Part shown: piece by piece, positions 1 to 13,300 of the stretch
How the letters are laid out: each line of letters begins with the position of its first letter
How positions within the stretch are numbered: position 1 is the first letter of the stretch
Assembly: GCA_051362555.1 (NCBI GenBank)
Contig: CM120642.1
Location: 9,672,001-9,736,000, forward strand
Reading direction: 5' to 3'
Source of the DNA: Lingula anatina
Lineage: Eukaryota; Animalia; Brachiopoda
DNA length: 64,000 nucleotides
Made by a program: the position numbers and the translations under genes
The notes under the pieces: generated by a model
Database searches by the model: none
What the model saw: only the letters and a program-made list of their open reading frames with translations
What the model was told of the DNA's origin: nothing

Positions 1-3000
1 ATCACAATCTGCCTTTTCTTCAGTCCTTTCTTTTCCATCTTTAAGTTTTTGGCAGTAAAAGAATTCACCTAGAACATGAAGTACAAGAAAGTGAGCCAAT
101 TTTGGTGTTGGTTCAAGATTAATTTACATAACAACTGGAAATTAAGGTAGACTTCTAGCCTGTTTGGGCATAGCTTTATAAAATATTATTTATCAAATTG
201 TAATGTTGTCAATACTGCCCATCGTCCACAGTAACAATGCACTTTATCGATTTTGAAAAAGTTTGGGCTTTACCCTTTACAGTAAAACTCACAAATCTTC
301 AAATTTCTAGTTCCTTACAAAAATGTTTAGGCTTCCAGCTAACAAAATTTGAGAAGCAATTGCTGTGAAATTATATTCCAGTAAACAAAATACTAATGTA
401 GCTTCTTCTTCTTCTCTCTTTTTTTTTTTTTGAAAATAAAAATAAAATAACAAAATATTACTGTAAAAGAATCAACAGATGATTGATGGTATCTTTGTTA
501 AAAGCCTGAAATCACCATTTTCTATGTCACAGACAATAATGAAGGTCTATATTCTTCATTAATAAATAAAGTTCAAATGTACCTTACCAGTATATAAAGG
601 AAAGGTACATGGAAACAATTTTAGTTTTACACAGTCAAGAACTGCACAAACAAAACAAGATCTCTTGGACAAGTTAACTGGCAATAACAGAGATGAACTT
701 CACAACAGACTTGAAGACACAGACACACAATACCTGTCTCTAAGATAACCCCTGATCACAACCTAGAACATATTGAAACAAATAGTATGTGACCCATGAC
801 CCATTGTTACAGATTACAATATATATATATACAGCATTTACCTTTCGCATAATCTTTTTTCCATAAAACATGAATCTGTCTCTCTTTCTAAATCTGTATT
901 TGGGGCCCCTTAAACTGGGAATGCCTGAAAATCCTGAAAACAGGTGCAATTATGTTGAAAACATATTGTAACAAATACACCACAGAGATGGTGATTTGGT
1001 AAACAAAATTATGATACAAAGCATGATGCTACGTATAGAAATACATAAAACTACTCAGCCCTTCACATCACTTCGTATATCAAAATTTGGTGCAGTCAAA
1101 TAATAATTTATGAGGAAGTACTACAGATTTTCCCGTTTGGGGCTTATGCCCATTCAGGATGCGAATATAAGAGTGCTTTCATTTCCCCTGTCCCTTGTTT
1201 TTCCATGCTAAAAATGTTGCAAAGACTACATAAGTGCCAATATTGGTATTATTTTTGAACAAATTATTGCATAAAAAACTTGCTTCAAATTTTGGGTTCC
1301 AATTTACACCTGCTGGTTTGCATGGGCTTGTCATAAGGACCCTGGCCCTTAAGTTTAAAGGTGATAACAAATTTCATTTCACTGTTTTCCTATCTCTGCA
1401 CCCAGCAGGGCTCCAAAAGGTAGAAGTTTCACTTTTCATTTCTCCTTTGTTGCAGAGACCGACACATAATAAAAACTACAAACAACTGCATGTGAATTTT
1501 TGGAGCATCTGTGAAATAAATGTCTGATGTCATTTTGTCACATACGTGACTTAATCATTTATAGTCACAGTAACTAAAATAGGCAGCAAGACATTTTTTT
1601 CCACCAAACTGTAAGTTTGCTACATATTTTCTAGCCATTTCACATTATGAGAAAATGCGATGTTGGTAGAAATGTGAACTCCAATGACTTCAAACAAACT
1701 GGATAATTCTCATCCATTTTACATGCAGAAAGCTGTCTCAACTTTGAAAATTTTTTAAGGGTGGATTGTCAGACAATTGCCGAGTTAGTTTGCAAATGGT
1801 AGAGGACATCAATCAGTCTGACTGAAGTGTGCAATACACCACAATACAGTGCAACAAACAAGAAAAAAAGAGAGTCCTGTAAGTACTGGAAATGGTGATT
1901 TCTAAGAAAACAAGACAATTTAAAAAGTGAAATTTATATTTAAAATAGGTAATAAATGTCACTGATGCAGCTAAACAAATTGGCATGACTTGTTTATTGT
2001 CAGGTTTGGCAATATAGCTGGCGACCCAACATAATGAAATTGCACTGATTTGTTTTGTTGTATGAAATGAATGTTATTGATAACTTAGTAATTTACACTG
2101 GACCAAAAAGTTTTTGAAACACCATTACTTTGAATAAATAAGAAATAACCATATATGAGCTATTTTAACCAAATATTGATGAACAATGAACCCATCATTC
2201 ATTACGTCTTAAAAATTTTGCCAGGAAAGAAATTCTGTGAAAATGGCAGCAACATTTATGAATGTGGGGTCAAATTTCATTTTCAAAAATCATGCAAATG
2301 AAGTGACTAAGTTTGAGCAAGTTTTGACAATAAACAGTGGAGCCTTAATACAATACTGAGCAACCTCAAGATTTTATTTTAAATGTGGCCTACATACTGT
2401 GTGCCTTAAATAATGATTTTTACCGTTCATTGCCAAGACTTGCTTAAACTTTAAACTTGGTCACTCCACTTGCAGAAATTTGGCCTAACATTTTTTCTTA
2501 GAAATGGCTGTTTCCTGTGTTTACTTGCAACTGGACTTTTTTCTAGTGTATCATGCTGTGTTAAGTTGTATTGTGATGCAATGCACATTTTAAGTAGACT
2601 CTGCATCAATTGTGCTTTATTGCGTAAAATAAGAAGCAGTGACAAGATCACTGTACCACTATCAAGAACAAAACATAACATATACATTTTCACATTTCAT
2701 TATAACTTAAGTGAATGCAACTTACCTTTTGCTTGGATTTTCCGACAAGTAAAGTAGAATATAATGCATATTGTCAGTACTACGGCAGCTACGAAGGCAA
2801 GAATGTACTGAAATTTTCAAAAAAAAAAAATTCATACAACTTTTAACAACCGACGATTCATGACCACTGATGCTCAGATAAAAAATATCTCATTGGTCGC
2901 GCCATAATAAAAAATATCAGATACAAGACAATAGATCATAAGAACCTCAAGTCTTAGATTTAAGCAGACTTTATAATATATGGAGTAAAAAATGACAACC

Positions 3001-3205
3001 AAAGATCGGTTTGTTTACGTCAAGTAATCACAAATCAACAACAGATGACAGAGCAAATATGCTTGTAACAATCCCCACATGTTTTTAAATTATTTGACAC
3101 AACTATTACGTTATCGTTTTAACTCACTGTAGTGTTAATAATTGATAAGAAGTACTCTATTTGACTAAAAACCGTAGATATTCTCGCGTCCTCCGTTGCA
3201 GCCAT
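1..3205 (-). CDS. PNPLA7: Neuropathy target esterase / Swiss cheese (PNPLA6/PNPLA7 co-ortholog), 5' part; continues past the window's left edge
   Basis: Exons 3128-3205, 2726-2807, 842-924 and 1-68 join in frame across GT-AG introns to give [91 protein letters not shown]. An N-terminal TM helix is followed by the NTE signature RFRKRDxxxFYG(R/K)KIMRKV. Confidence 0.88.
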
Positions 3206-3742
3206 TTTTTCTCAGCGAACTAATACTATCTCCAGTGCAGAAGAGCTCTCACATGACCTTGACTAATAATGATTATAATAATACAGTACATAAATAAAAA
3301 TCAAAACATACTTTTCCTTGATCGCTTATCTGTCAAGGCACAAAATTACAATATATTTAAAAGAACTAAAAAATTATTCATCGATCACATGCAGTCGATT
3401 TCTGTCACATGACTAAAATCCCTATTGGTTGTGTCTGTCCATAACAAAAACTTTCATGGTCTAAACAGGGCCTACAAACGCTCACAAGCTTAAGATGGTT
3501 AGGATAACAGTTGATAAATTTATAACAGTGAATACAATGCATTGGAAATCGGCGCCAAGTCGTGTCTGTTCACGACAACGCAAAATTGAATAAAAAATAA
3601 TAAATTAGCATTTTAAAACTCTATAAATGCAAGAAAAAAAACGCTTAAAAGAACTCCTATCCGTAGCTTCACCAAGACAAGTTTACAAGTTTACTCTCAG
3701 TTGGTGGTAGATCAATCTCTGTTACCGCGCAGCGAGACATAG

Positions 3743-3790
3743 CAGGGGCGGATCCAGGATTATTTGAAGGGGGGATGGCGGGGGGGAGGA
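3743..3790 (+). mobile_element. Solo/truncated MITE terminus (CAGGGGCGGATCCAGG)
   Basis: Matches the termini of the complete element at 9477-9644; no partner end was found nearby. Confidence 0.5.
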
Positions 3791-4599
3791 ACAGACCTCG
3801 GATGCGAAGCTGAGCACTAAGCTGAGCTGAATGCATGCTGAATGCAGATAGAGAAGTTTAGGGAAGTTGTGTTGAACAGGGTCGAGCAATTTTCGTTATA
3901 CCTCAGTGTGTTTCCATGGGATTCACCAAAAAAGCAAGAAAGTATCTGGCATTCATTGATGAAGAGCAGAAACCACTAAATGGGCCAATCAGGGAGAATA
4001 AGTGCTTTTTTCCATTTCTTCCTGACATTTCTTTTTCTCGTCGTTTTTCAAATTAAGTGTCATCAGTTGACAAGCTTACTAATTGCTGACATTTTAAATG
4101 CACACGGTACTTGCCCAAGAGCTCGTTAACAATAAAACTTGTTAATTACACAACGCCGCACTTCCCAAGCCAGGTAATAACAGGTAACTCAACTCAACCT
4201 GTCAGGTTCTTGGTGGGCTTTAATATTTTTTTTAAATATATCTCTTTTATTTCATGGGGTAATGTTATTGGTATTTTAAAATGACGTTTAATATCGATAT
4301 TTAAACAGGTGAGTTCAAACACGGTCGCGAACATTTATGAAAATGATCGCATTCAGGGTATTTTGAAGCATGCGTATGCCCAGGCAAGATTTAAGTGGAA
4401 GAAAACGTGGTTGAGGAAAAACTCAATAAGGAGCGGTAATATTTAAGAAAAAAAGAATGGGAGCTGCTGTAATAAAATGATTCGTCATTCTAATTCGTTA
4501 CACGAAATAAAATGTTGTGTGCTTTGAGAATTTGTTTCTAAAGGGTATTTCAACTGAAATATTAAATGATATAAAAGAATTATAATTTCATGATTTGAA

Positions 4600-5520
4600 A
4601 CCAAAGTTCTGCGTCTGTACGCAAAACTTATCTTAAATTGAAGTTTTGTCAAACCTAAAAACATACAACGGAACTAAGTAAAAAAATGCATTGTTTGCTA
4701 TTAGTAGTATGTTGAAAAGTCGTAACTTTAATGTGTCCACCAAATGCGCAGTATTCGATACGTACGTATATCTTAAATTATGCATGGAGATTTAACATGG
4801 CAAGAGATATAAGAAAGGCACATACGGTATTTTTCAAAAGAATGATGGGTGTCAAAAGGAGCACTAATAATAACTTAGTACATATTATGAAAACGGGAGA
4901 ATCCTACTTTTTATTTAATAGAAAGCTAAGATTTTTTAAATATTGAAAATCCGTTCCTCGAAAAATTGTATTATATTACAGCGTGCTATACAGAATAGAT
5001 CGGCTTCACAACATTTTTGATTGGGTAATGTGAGTACGGAATGGACTGGAGGCAGTTAGCTTGTCATTTATTTTTCACGAAAATATATCAGATAATTTTA
5101 CACTGTCCTTGAAAAAGCAAAGAGTGAAAGATAATGGCTTTTGTACAACATCTTGTTGATAATTTTACAGTGCAATTCTATTTCAATTAGCCAACTTCAC
5201 ATAAACATAAGGAATTAATTGCCTAATTTAGACTTTCATCACATCTACTGGGGAGTAGCTGTAGAAACTGGAAGGTAAACAGACACAAATAGAAATTAAG
5301 AACCTGTAAACTATGTATTTTAGATGACATCAAGGATGAATTTCATTTTATTCTTAAATGTCCTTGCTCTAGAACGATTGGGCAGAAATACAGCAGAATT
5401 TTTATTATACGCAGCAAAGTGTTTTCAAGCTAATTAAATTGTTTTCACTTAACAATTTTTCAAAATTAAACGACTTAGGTAAGTACTTAAAATGTGCATC
5501 GGAGTTAAGATTAACATCAG
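4600..5520 (+). mobile_element. Decayed non-LTR retrotransposon ORF2 3' end (RTE-X/CR1/L2-like)
   Basis: Fragmentary frames read KRMMGVKRSTNN, then AVETGR* ... TCKLCILDDIKDEFHFILKCP. This is the Cys/His-rich C-terminal motif downstream of RT in invertebrate LINEs. Many stops and frameshifts; boundaries approximate. Confidence 0.72.
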
Positions 5521-7429
5521 GCAGATGAGTTTTTATTATTACTAATAGTAGTTGTAGGGTTGTTGTTATGACTTAATATTTTTACAGCAAGTGCTTTATT
5601 TGCGAGGTAAACATGTCGTAACCGTGCAAAGGCATTACACGCCGCATTGTAATGCCCAGGCCAATGTCAGAGTTCAGGCAATGACGTCACCACAGGATAA
5701 ATTATCAGTTAAGTATTAATTACCCCCCAAAATTAGGCTTACGCTTACAGTAGGTAAAACGTGATGGGCAGATCTAGAGAGAAGAGGGGGTCGGATTATA
5801 TTGAATTTAGGTTCCCAGAAAGTTGTATTCCCCTTAAAGTCATTCGAATGCAGTATTGGGATCAACGAAATTTTAAACGCTAGTTTAACAATTGAATAGA
5901 CAGGCACCTGGCTTCGCAAGGATATAACCTCCTCCGGTAAGAGAGGTGAATGGGTATGAATTGTTATCAGTAGTTTGAAGAGTCACCTTACAGGTAGATA
6001 GTGGTAGCTCAGTTTGACAGCTTCTTGAACTGGCTCTCACCTCCGGTGGCACGATTGTCGTCACCGGGCCACGTGGTCACGTAACTTATTAACTTCCAGA
6101 CCTAGCTAAAAGGGAGTTTTTTTGAAGCTCAAAATTTGCAAAATTACCTCCAAATTTGTGCATTTTGATAAAGATATCATAAGTAGGGCATGTTTTCTGC
6201 AAAATATGCTCCGTTCAGGCCATTCTGACGGCCTGGCGATAAACATGCAACGACCCTTGTTAGTTTGCTAATTTCGTGTTGATGGAGTAAGCCTGTGTAT
6301 GTGGCCACTTAGGATCTGTTGGATGGAGGAGGCAAACGTCTGTTACGCCTCTCTTCTGGTCTTAAGTAGCTAGTATTCTAGCTGACAATGAAAGAAAATC
6401 CCCGACTACACCCAACATATTGCTTGAGTCTTCAAGGTTTTCAAAATAGGTGCGTTTTTGTATGCATTTTATAATATATATTTAAAAAAACATGCTTGAA
6501 TTCACAGATTTTACCTTTTATAACGATGTTGTGATCTGCCATTTCCCTCTTATCAGTGAACTGAATTGTTTTTCTTCGCTCTGCCACCAGTAGCGCATGC
6601 ATGCTTCCGTTTTTAATAGGAGCGTCAACAAGGTCGGGTCTAAAACAGTTTTTTCTGTTTTATAATCGTTCAGTTAATGAGAGCAAGAAACCTTTTTTAA
6701 CAGCATTTCACTCTTCTCGTTTTATTATTATTATTATTATTATAAGCTCATTTCAGAACTATTTTTATGTTTTGTTGTTGGTTTTTCTGCTATTTTATTC
6801 TTGTGGACGCACATCGACGCTTGTGGACACAACCTTTGCCTCTCTTATCGGTGTGTTATCGTTCAATTGGCCTACAAACTGATGCACTCTATTGTTTTCA
6901 AACTTAGTACCCTCTCATGTCAAATATATATTTAAAAATCAACTGATTTCCCAACCAGTTGTCGCTTGTGGACGCTATATAGACAGACCAATTTTGGTTA
7001 CTGGCCTCACAAGTCAACTGCCCCAAGACGTCATCTTGTGTTTATTCGCCTTTTTACTTTTAAGGAAAGATGGTAAGTCATAATCTTATTATTTTTAACA
7101 AATCCTATCTTTTCCGTTGTATCTAGCTAGGGGCCTATATCTAATGTAGTTCTCTATTTAAGTAGTGCATGTGCAAATCTTAATAGTCGAAGCGGCAGCG
7201 CATGTGAATTTCGGTTTCGATATCACTACTAGTAGTTGTAGTAGTCGTTGTATTGCGGATATCATCGAAATTCATAAGGGTGAAATGCCTTGTGGCAAAA
7301 ATGCATGACCAAAAATATGATTACGCATATAATTCAAAGATTGTAGGACCCAGGCTTGCCTCACAATTTCAGATAATTAGAAAGTGAGATGTACAATGCA
7401 GGCAGACCCTTCACTCCCGCCGAGCAGCG

Positions 7430-7572
7430 TACAATGGGAGCGTTTCGATAGTCCATATTGGTCCAAAAAGTCGTAAAATTTTCTCAACTTTTCAGTAAAA
7501 GGGTTCATTGGTCCAAAGCTTCTATTGTCCGAAAATTCGAGGTTTATTGGTCCGAAGATTCGATAGTTCCAA
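7430..7572. repeat. Degenerate short sub-repeat array (core ATTGGTCC(A/G)AA), probable non-autonomous TE fragment
   Basis: Recurring units atattggtccaaaa, tcattggtccaaag, ctattgtccgaaa, ttattggtccgaag and tcgatagttcc. Confidence 0.45.
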
Positions 7573-9476
7573 TTAAATCTTTTTAACAGTTTGACAAGGG
7601 GACTATCTCTTCCTAGGAGAGCACCCCCCCCCCCCCCCCCCCCCACACACACACACAGACAAATGCCCTCCAGTACACCCACATGATTACCCCTGACAAC
7701 GGTTCGTAGGAAGATCCCCTGATATCCGACTTATATCCGACTAAGCATAAATCAACAAGTCGGTGAAAGATGACAGACCACTCCACCCTCCAGCGACCTA
7801 TAATCCAATAAACCGAGTTCGTAACTTGCACAAAAGATAGTATTTAAAAACTCTTTTGAATTTCCGCTTTCTGTTATATATATATCTCTAAGACTAAGCA
7901 TAATATTATATAAATATAATATGATTCAATAATACATATGTCTTATCTGTTATATCATAATTACATTTATATGTAGTTAATAGTTATTATATTTATACTA
8001 TTATAGCAAAAGTAAGACATCTCTATTTTGTTGATGTCGCCTGGACGTTAAAAAGCCGGCTAGCCTATTTATCTAAACCAAATAAGCACGGGACATTAAA
8101 AATATAATGTAGAACTGCAGTAGTTACCTAACAAAGGGCGTTTTAGCGCCAAGGACAAATTACATTCTGACGAGACTTTGTTCTCTTGATTAGTTCCAAG
8201 TGACCCAGAAGATGCTCAAAGGGACACGTCATCTTCCAATCAAGACTGTTATCAGGAAGTAAATATCAAGAAATGTTATGTGACTGTGGTGCTTTACTTG
8301 GATATAGGACTTTTTTTGGTGAAAAACAAATACTTCCTTTCCGTACGTACGTCAACTAATACACTGCCGTCCTCTCGCAGCCTGTTTGCAACCCCGAGAC
8401 GAAATTTGTGCAAAATTGTTTGTAAATAATAACTTTTGCTGACTCGTCACATCATAATTTTTAGGATGATGAGTCTTAATGAATATTTGATATATATTTT
8501 TTATCCCTATTAAAGGCCATAACATTTTACAGGCAACAATTTGCTATATTGTAATTATTGTTAAAATATTTAGGATAGTGGGGTTATATAATAAAAGCAG
8601 CCTTGTTTGGCCAAATCACGAACAACTGATATTCTTTGCCTGCACTCTTGTTGTGAATGGGACTATGAAAGTTTGTGGTACACTGGGATGGAGGAGACGT
8701 AAATGCTTTTGTGTGTGCATGAATTGACTGCAATTTAGTGTGAACCCCCAGGGAGTTAGGTCGATCTAAATCTAAATCTCTGGATCGATCTAAATCTCTG
8801 GGAATGCACCCACAGAGTTACCTCTCTTGGCATTAGTACTGCCACATGTGCCCTGCATAGTGCAATTTACCCAACTGTTGCTTTGAAATAACAGCAGATC
8901 TCACATGTATAATAGGCCTAAATTAATAAACAAATGATAACCAGCTAATCCTTAATGACTAATAAATGTGCCCACAGAGTTATATATAACTACATGTACT
9001 ATAAATACAGCCAAGTTACATTTGACCAATGAGCAAATCTACTTCATTAGTCAGGAAAAAAGAAAAATATTAGGGGGGACAGGTTGCGAAAAAACTGATT
9101 GCGACTGTTACCGCAAGATCGATAACCACGCCCGCCACCTCTGTTCATCGTCGTGTAAACAAGATAAAACGATGTATTTTAACTTGCCTGGAATAACAAG
9201 TTGCAAATAATCTTTGGTGGGTGCGGTGGTATTTTCTTCCTTTGGGAACATATAAATCATGTAAAAACCATCAATTCTTGAAACCGACCGCCATTCCTTA
9301 TTAGAAATAGAAGTCCTAATGGGACCTGTATTCCTGACATAGATATGGGTAGGACTTCCATTCCCAGCGGACCATTTACACAGGTGTGAATATTTCGTTT
9401 GAAAAATGAATAAAAAAAGATGGGATAAAACAGATGTGAGAACAATGTTAAACGACTTGATATTGAAGTGCGTTAT

Positions 9477-9644
9477 CAGGGGCGGATTTAGGCCGTCTTC
9501 TGGGTCTTCCGGAAGACGGTCAGATTTTCAAGTTTACATTGAAGTGTATCTAATTTTTTCTGTCGGAAGACGGTCAAAAATGGAAAATGGATAACCAAAT
9601 ATAATATGGAAGACTGTCAGGAAATATTTCTGGATCCGCCCCTG
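9477..9644. mobile_element. MITE with CAGGGGCGGAT termini and 5-bp TSD (GTTAT)
   Basis: Left end caggggcggattt, right end ggatccgcccctg. GTTAT lies at 9472-9476 and 9645-9649. Internal repeats of ggaagac(g/t)gtca. Confidence 0.8.
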
Positions 9645-10364
9645 GTTATTGAAGCTGGGCAGCATGATTATGTAAAACGGGTATCAACAGATATAGGCCT
9701 GAAAATTAGAAAAAGAAGAAACGCGAAGGATAGGTGCACAGCTCATCAAGAGTAGAAAAGTTAGCTGTGAGTGTGAAAATGTTCAGAATTTGACACATAA
9801 ATAACAATGTGATTAGAAAACCAACATTGCAGAGAATAAGTATGCTTAATGAACAATATTCTACATATCTAATTATTGATCAAAGTTTACTTCAAGTCAG
9901 CATTAATTTATTCGATTTGGTGATAAAATAATTATGTATTTTATTTGCTTCCAGGTAAAATACCGAAACGACAGCACTGGGTACCTTTAAGCTCCTTTTC
10001 CAAGTATTATGCAGGTGACAAGCTATAATAATATATAGCGATGCGGAAAATTTATTGACAAAAGAAAGCTAATCTAGTCTTTGGTAATACTTTTTTGTGG
10101 TATGAAAACTATCACTGCAGTCAAAGTTGCCACTTTGAAGGGCGGGCAGACTTTCAAACTGCAGTTTTAACTTGTTCTGATCTCTTAAATCTTTTTAACA
10201 CGTTCTCATTTTTTGCGGTCCCAATTATCACTTATGAAACATTTATTTCTCTTTGTTGTGAAGAATTCACCCCTTCCCCAAAACTGAGTCTGTCCAAAAT
10301 TGCTGCAATGTTTAAAAAGTGAATGCATGGCATAATGTAGTTTCTTACTTTAAATACAGGAAAA

Positions 10365-13300
10365 ATGGTCCGCCTTCTCTCATTGGACAAGAAAATAAAG
10401 CTCCAGAAAAAATGGCCATTGCTGTGCGACAATTTGCGTCTAGTGGGGAAGCCATTGGTGACCCAACTTATCTCGGCTGGAGTTATAACCCCACAACAGA
10501 GCAAGGAAATTGAAGATGTCCCTCTGAGTTACGACCGCATAGACAAGTTGCTCCACTTCATCCTAAGCACCGATGATGAGAAGTTCAACAAATTTATCAG
10601 TGCACTGGAGGATATTGATTACAAGTGGTTGGCAACTGATGTAAAGGAAACTGAGGTCACCGATGATGATAAGAAGAAATATGTTGGTTAGAAATGTTAT
10701 ATCTCTATCTTTTTATCATTATGTCGGGGGGGGGGGGGGGGGGGGGGGGGGTCCATATTTCCAAAAATATGTCAAAACCAGCTAAAAAGTTCCTTACACT
10801 ACAAAACAATATTTCAAATGTTCTTTTTGAAAGATCATTGATAACTCAGCTGCTACTTGCATTTTATGATTACGCGATTTTTAGCAATTTAGCTCGATTT
10901 TCAAGATATTCTACTATTTCGGGACTATCTTCCTACAACATGAATGAAAGTTATATAGGCCCAAGGAGTTATAACTCCTTGATAGGCCTGACAAGTTATT
11001 TCAAACTCACCAAATTCAAATAGATTTTTATTTGGTTTTTAAGAAATTTGTGTAAAAGGTTTATTTGAAAGGTAGCTAAATACTCAAAATCATGGCGGCA
11101 TTGACACCTAATATCAATAACATCATCATGGTAATTCATTATTCATAGTTTTGACGACATTTTTCCTTTTTGATTTCTCATGATTTCATTATCTTTTTAG
11201 GGTATCTATACTGTATTACTGAAAAACTAGCTAGACAATGATGGCATCTAACTTGTCTTGTAAGAGATGCTCTGGCATTGGAATATATCAGAATAGTTGC
11301 TGCTGTTGTAGCATTCAATTAGTTCCATGCCATAACAATATCCAGGGGTGCAACACACAGCAAATTGAAAGAAAAGGTTCAATCATTACATCTAGAGCTG
11401 AATAGAAATAGGGTAAATGAGAATTTCTTTCAGCCAGATGCTCCTGAGTTTTCTTTCCAAGAATTATTCTAGGAAGTGAAAGATAACTATGGCCTACATG
11501 TAGTTGAGAGTGTGAAACGATGTGCTAGTGCACATTTGAATGAGTGCATAGCTTTGACAAAGAAGATATTACCAGAAATGGCAAAGGTTCTGGCTATGCA
11601 ACGCGGAAAATTCTATGGATTTGGTGAATATCCAGTTGAATATTCTGTGTTTGATCAGTGTGAAAACATGGATGAGACCCCTGTCCACAACCTTCAAATG
11701 GAACGGCAGTGCGGTGACACGGATCAAAGATGGAGGAAGAAACCAAAACTAGAGGCTGTGGCTTGAGGGACTGTGGTAAAACAAAATAGCAAATTAAGGA
11801 AAACTGTTTCTACTGAATACCGGTGTAACATGAAAATTTGACCCATCCCCCCCCCCCCCCCCCCCCAGTCAAACTTTCATAATGAAAATCTGACTACCCC
11901 TATGAAATTTTGACTCCCCCCTACAAACCTTTAGAAATCTTATTTTATTTGAGTATATGACTTAATTCTACAACCCAAAGACTCCCCTATGAAAAAGCTA
12001 TTTATTTGATATTTGATAATCATTTCAATACCTTTCCATTAAGTATACTTTATTAAGAACATATTGGAAATATTAGAAAGTTTGATTGTAAAATATTGGG
12101 TGAAAAAAAACGAAAAAAAAATCTTGAAAAATCTCCATTTTCATATCCATGGTATTTGGACTCTCATGAAGACAAAACCCCATTTTATATTTAGTTACCA
12201 TACCATCATTTTCCACATAGTTTGCATTGTGACGTATATTTTGTTAGTATTTGAAAGTTTAGTGACAAAAATTTGGTGAAAATTGAAATGATCACCAAAT
12301 ATCAGATAAACAGCTTTTCCATAGGAGATTCATTGTTTGGTAGAATACACATTTTTAATTTTCTTCTATTTTCATAAAAACCTTTACCTGCAAACTAGCA
12401 AAAAGTGCCAATGTATCCTCTATTATGCATACTACAAGATAAAAGTCATACACTCAAATAAAATAAGATTTATAAAGGTCTGTAGGGGGAGTCAAAATTT
12501 CATGGGGGAAGGAGTCACATACGATAGAGACACATCCCTATCACTGCCAAAATGTAGTCCTGTCTTCAGGATATTCAATATCAATGGAGGGAAGAGAAGG
12601 ATGTTAGCTCCACAACAGTTTGGAATGAGCCTGAAAAAGTTGTTGGGGAAAAAAGAAAGAAAGATCCACCATAAGGCTAACTGACTTAAGCTTCCAAAAA
12701 GAATTGAATTCTTAGTAAATTGAATTCTTATTGAATTCCTGTCTTTTTGAACTTATTATGAATCATTATCTAGGTGTTAGAACATTTAGTTTAGTTTTCG
12801 TATGCATTTAGTCTGTCAGAATTGTTAGTCACAATGAAATTTGTGTTAAAATGTAAGCATAAACATTGATATGAAAAACCATAATATCTTACAAAATACA
12901 GAGTTTAAGTATTTTTAGCGATTTTTCTCCAAAATACTAAAACTCAAGTAGCAGCTCTGCTAATAGAGATAGACTAATTTGGTTTTTTGTAGTTTGTTTT
13001 TAAGATGTATAAGCATCTTTTTATGTGGTTTTGGCACTGTTTTGGGGAAAAGGTTTAAGGACCCCCCTACATTATGTTTACTGTAGTTCTGAAGAAGACG
13101 TTTGTCCTACAAATTGCTCTAAACCAAAATTGTGATTCTAGATACACCAGTAGTAGTCCGTTATATAACAAGAAAGAATGCACAATGTTTTAGTTACTTT
13201 TAAGTTGATCATATTATGAAAGAAAATACTTTTATGAAAAGCAGCCTTTTATATTATAAAGACATCGCGCAGTTTAAAAATTACAAATAGCAATGATATA

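Noticed and set aside
2451-2757. ORFs on both strands inside the NTE gene
   Set aside because: Apart from overlap with the real exon at 2726-2807 they are intronic; the spliced NTE frame is complete without them.
6394-6403. kappaB-like site (GGGGATTTTC on the minus strand) upstream of the NLR-like gene
   Set aside because: A single short match about 4 kb from the ATG is expected by chance.
7624-7656. Poly-C plus (CA)n, and other G/C homopolymers at 10726, 11847 and 18610, as G-quadruplex signals
   Set aside because: Simple repeats, mostly within TE relics, with run lengths prone to sequencing error.
8690-8830. Possible SINE remnant (gtgtgaacccccagggagtt) with short internal repeats
   Set aside because: No A/B boxes or second copy could be confirmed in the window.
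10694-11023. 109-aa ORF with poly-Gly
   Set aside because: It reads through the poly-G terminus of the hAT-like element; not a credible protein.
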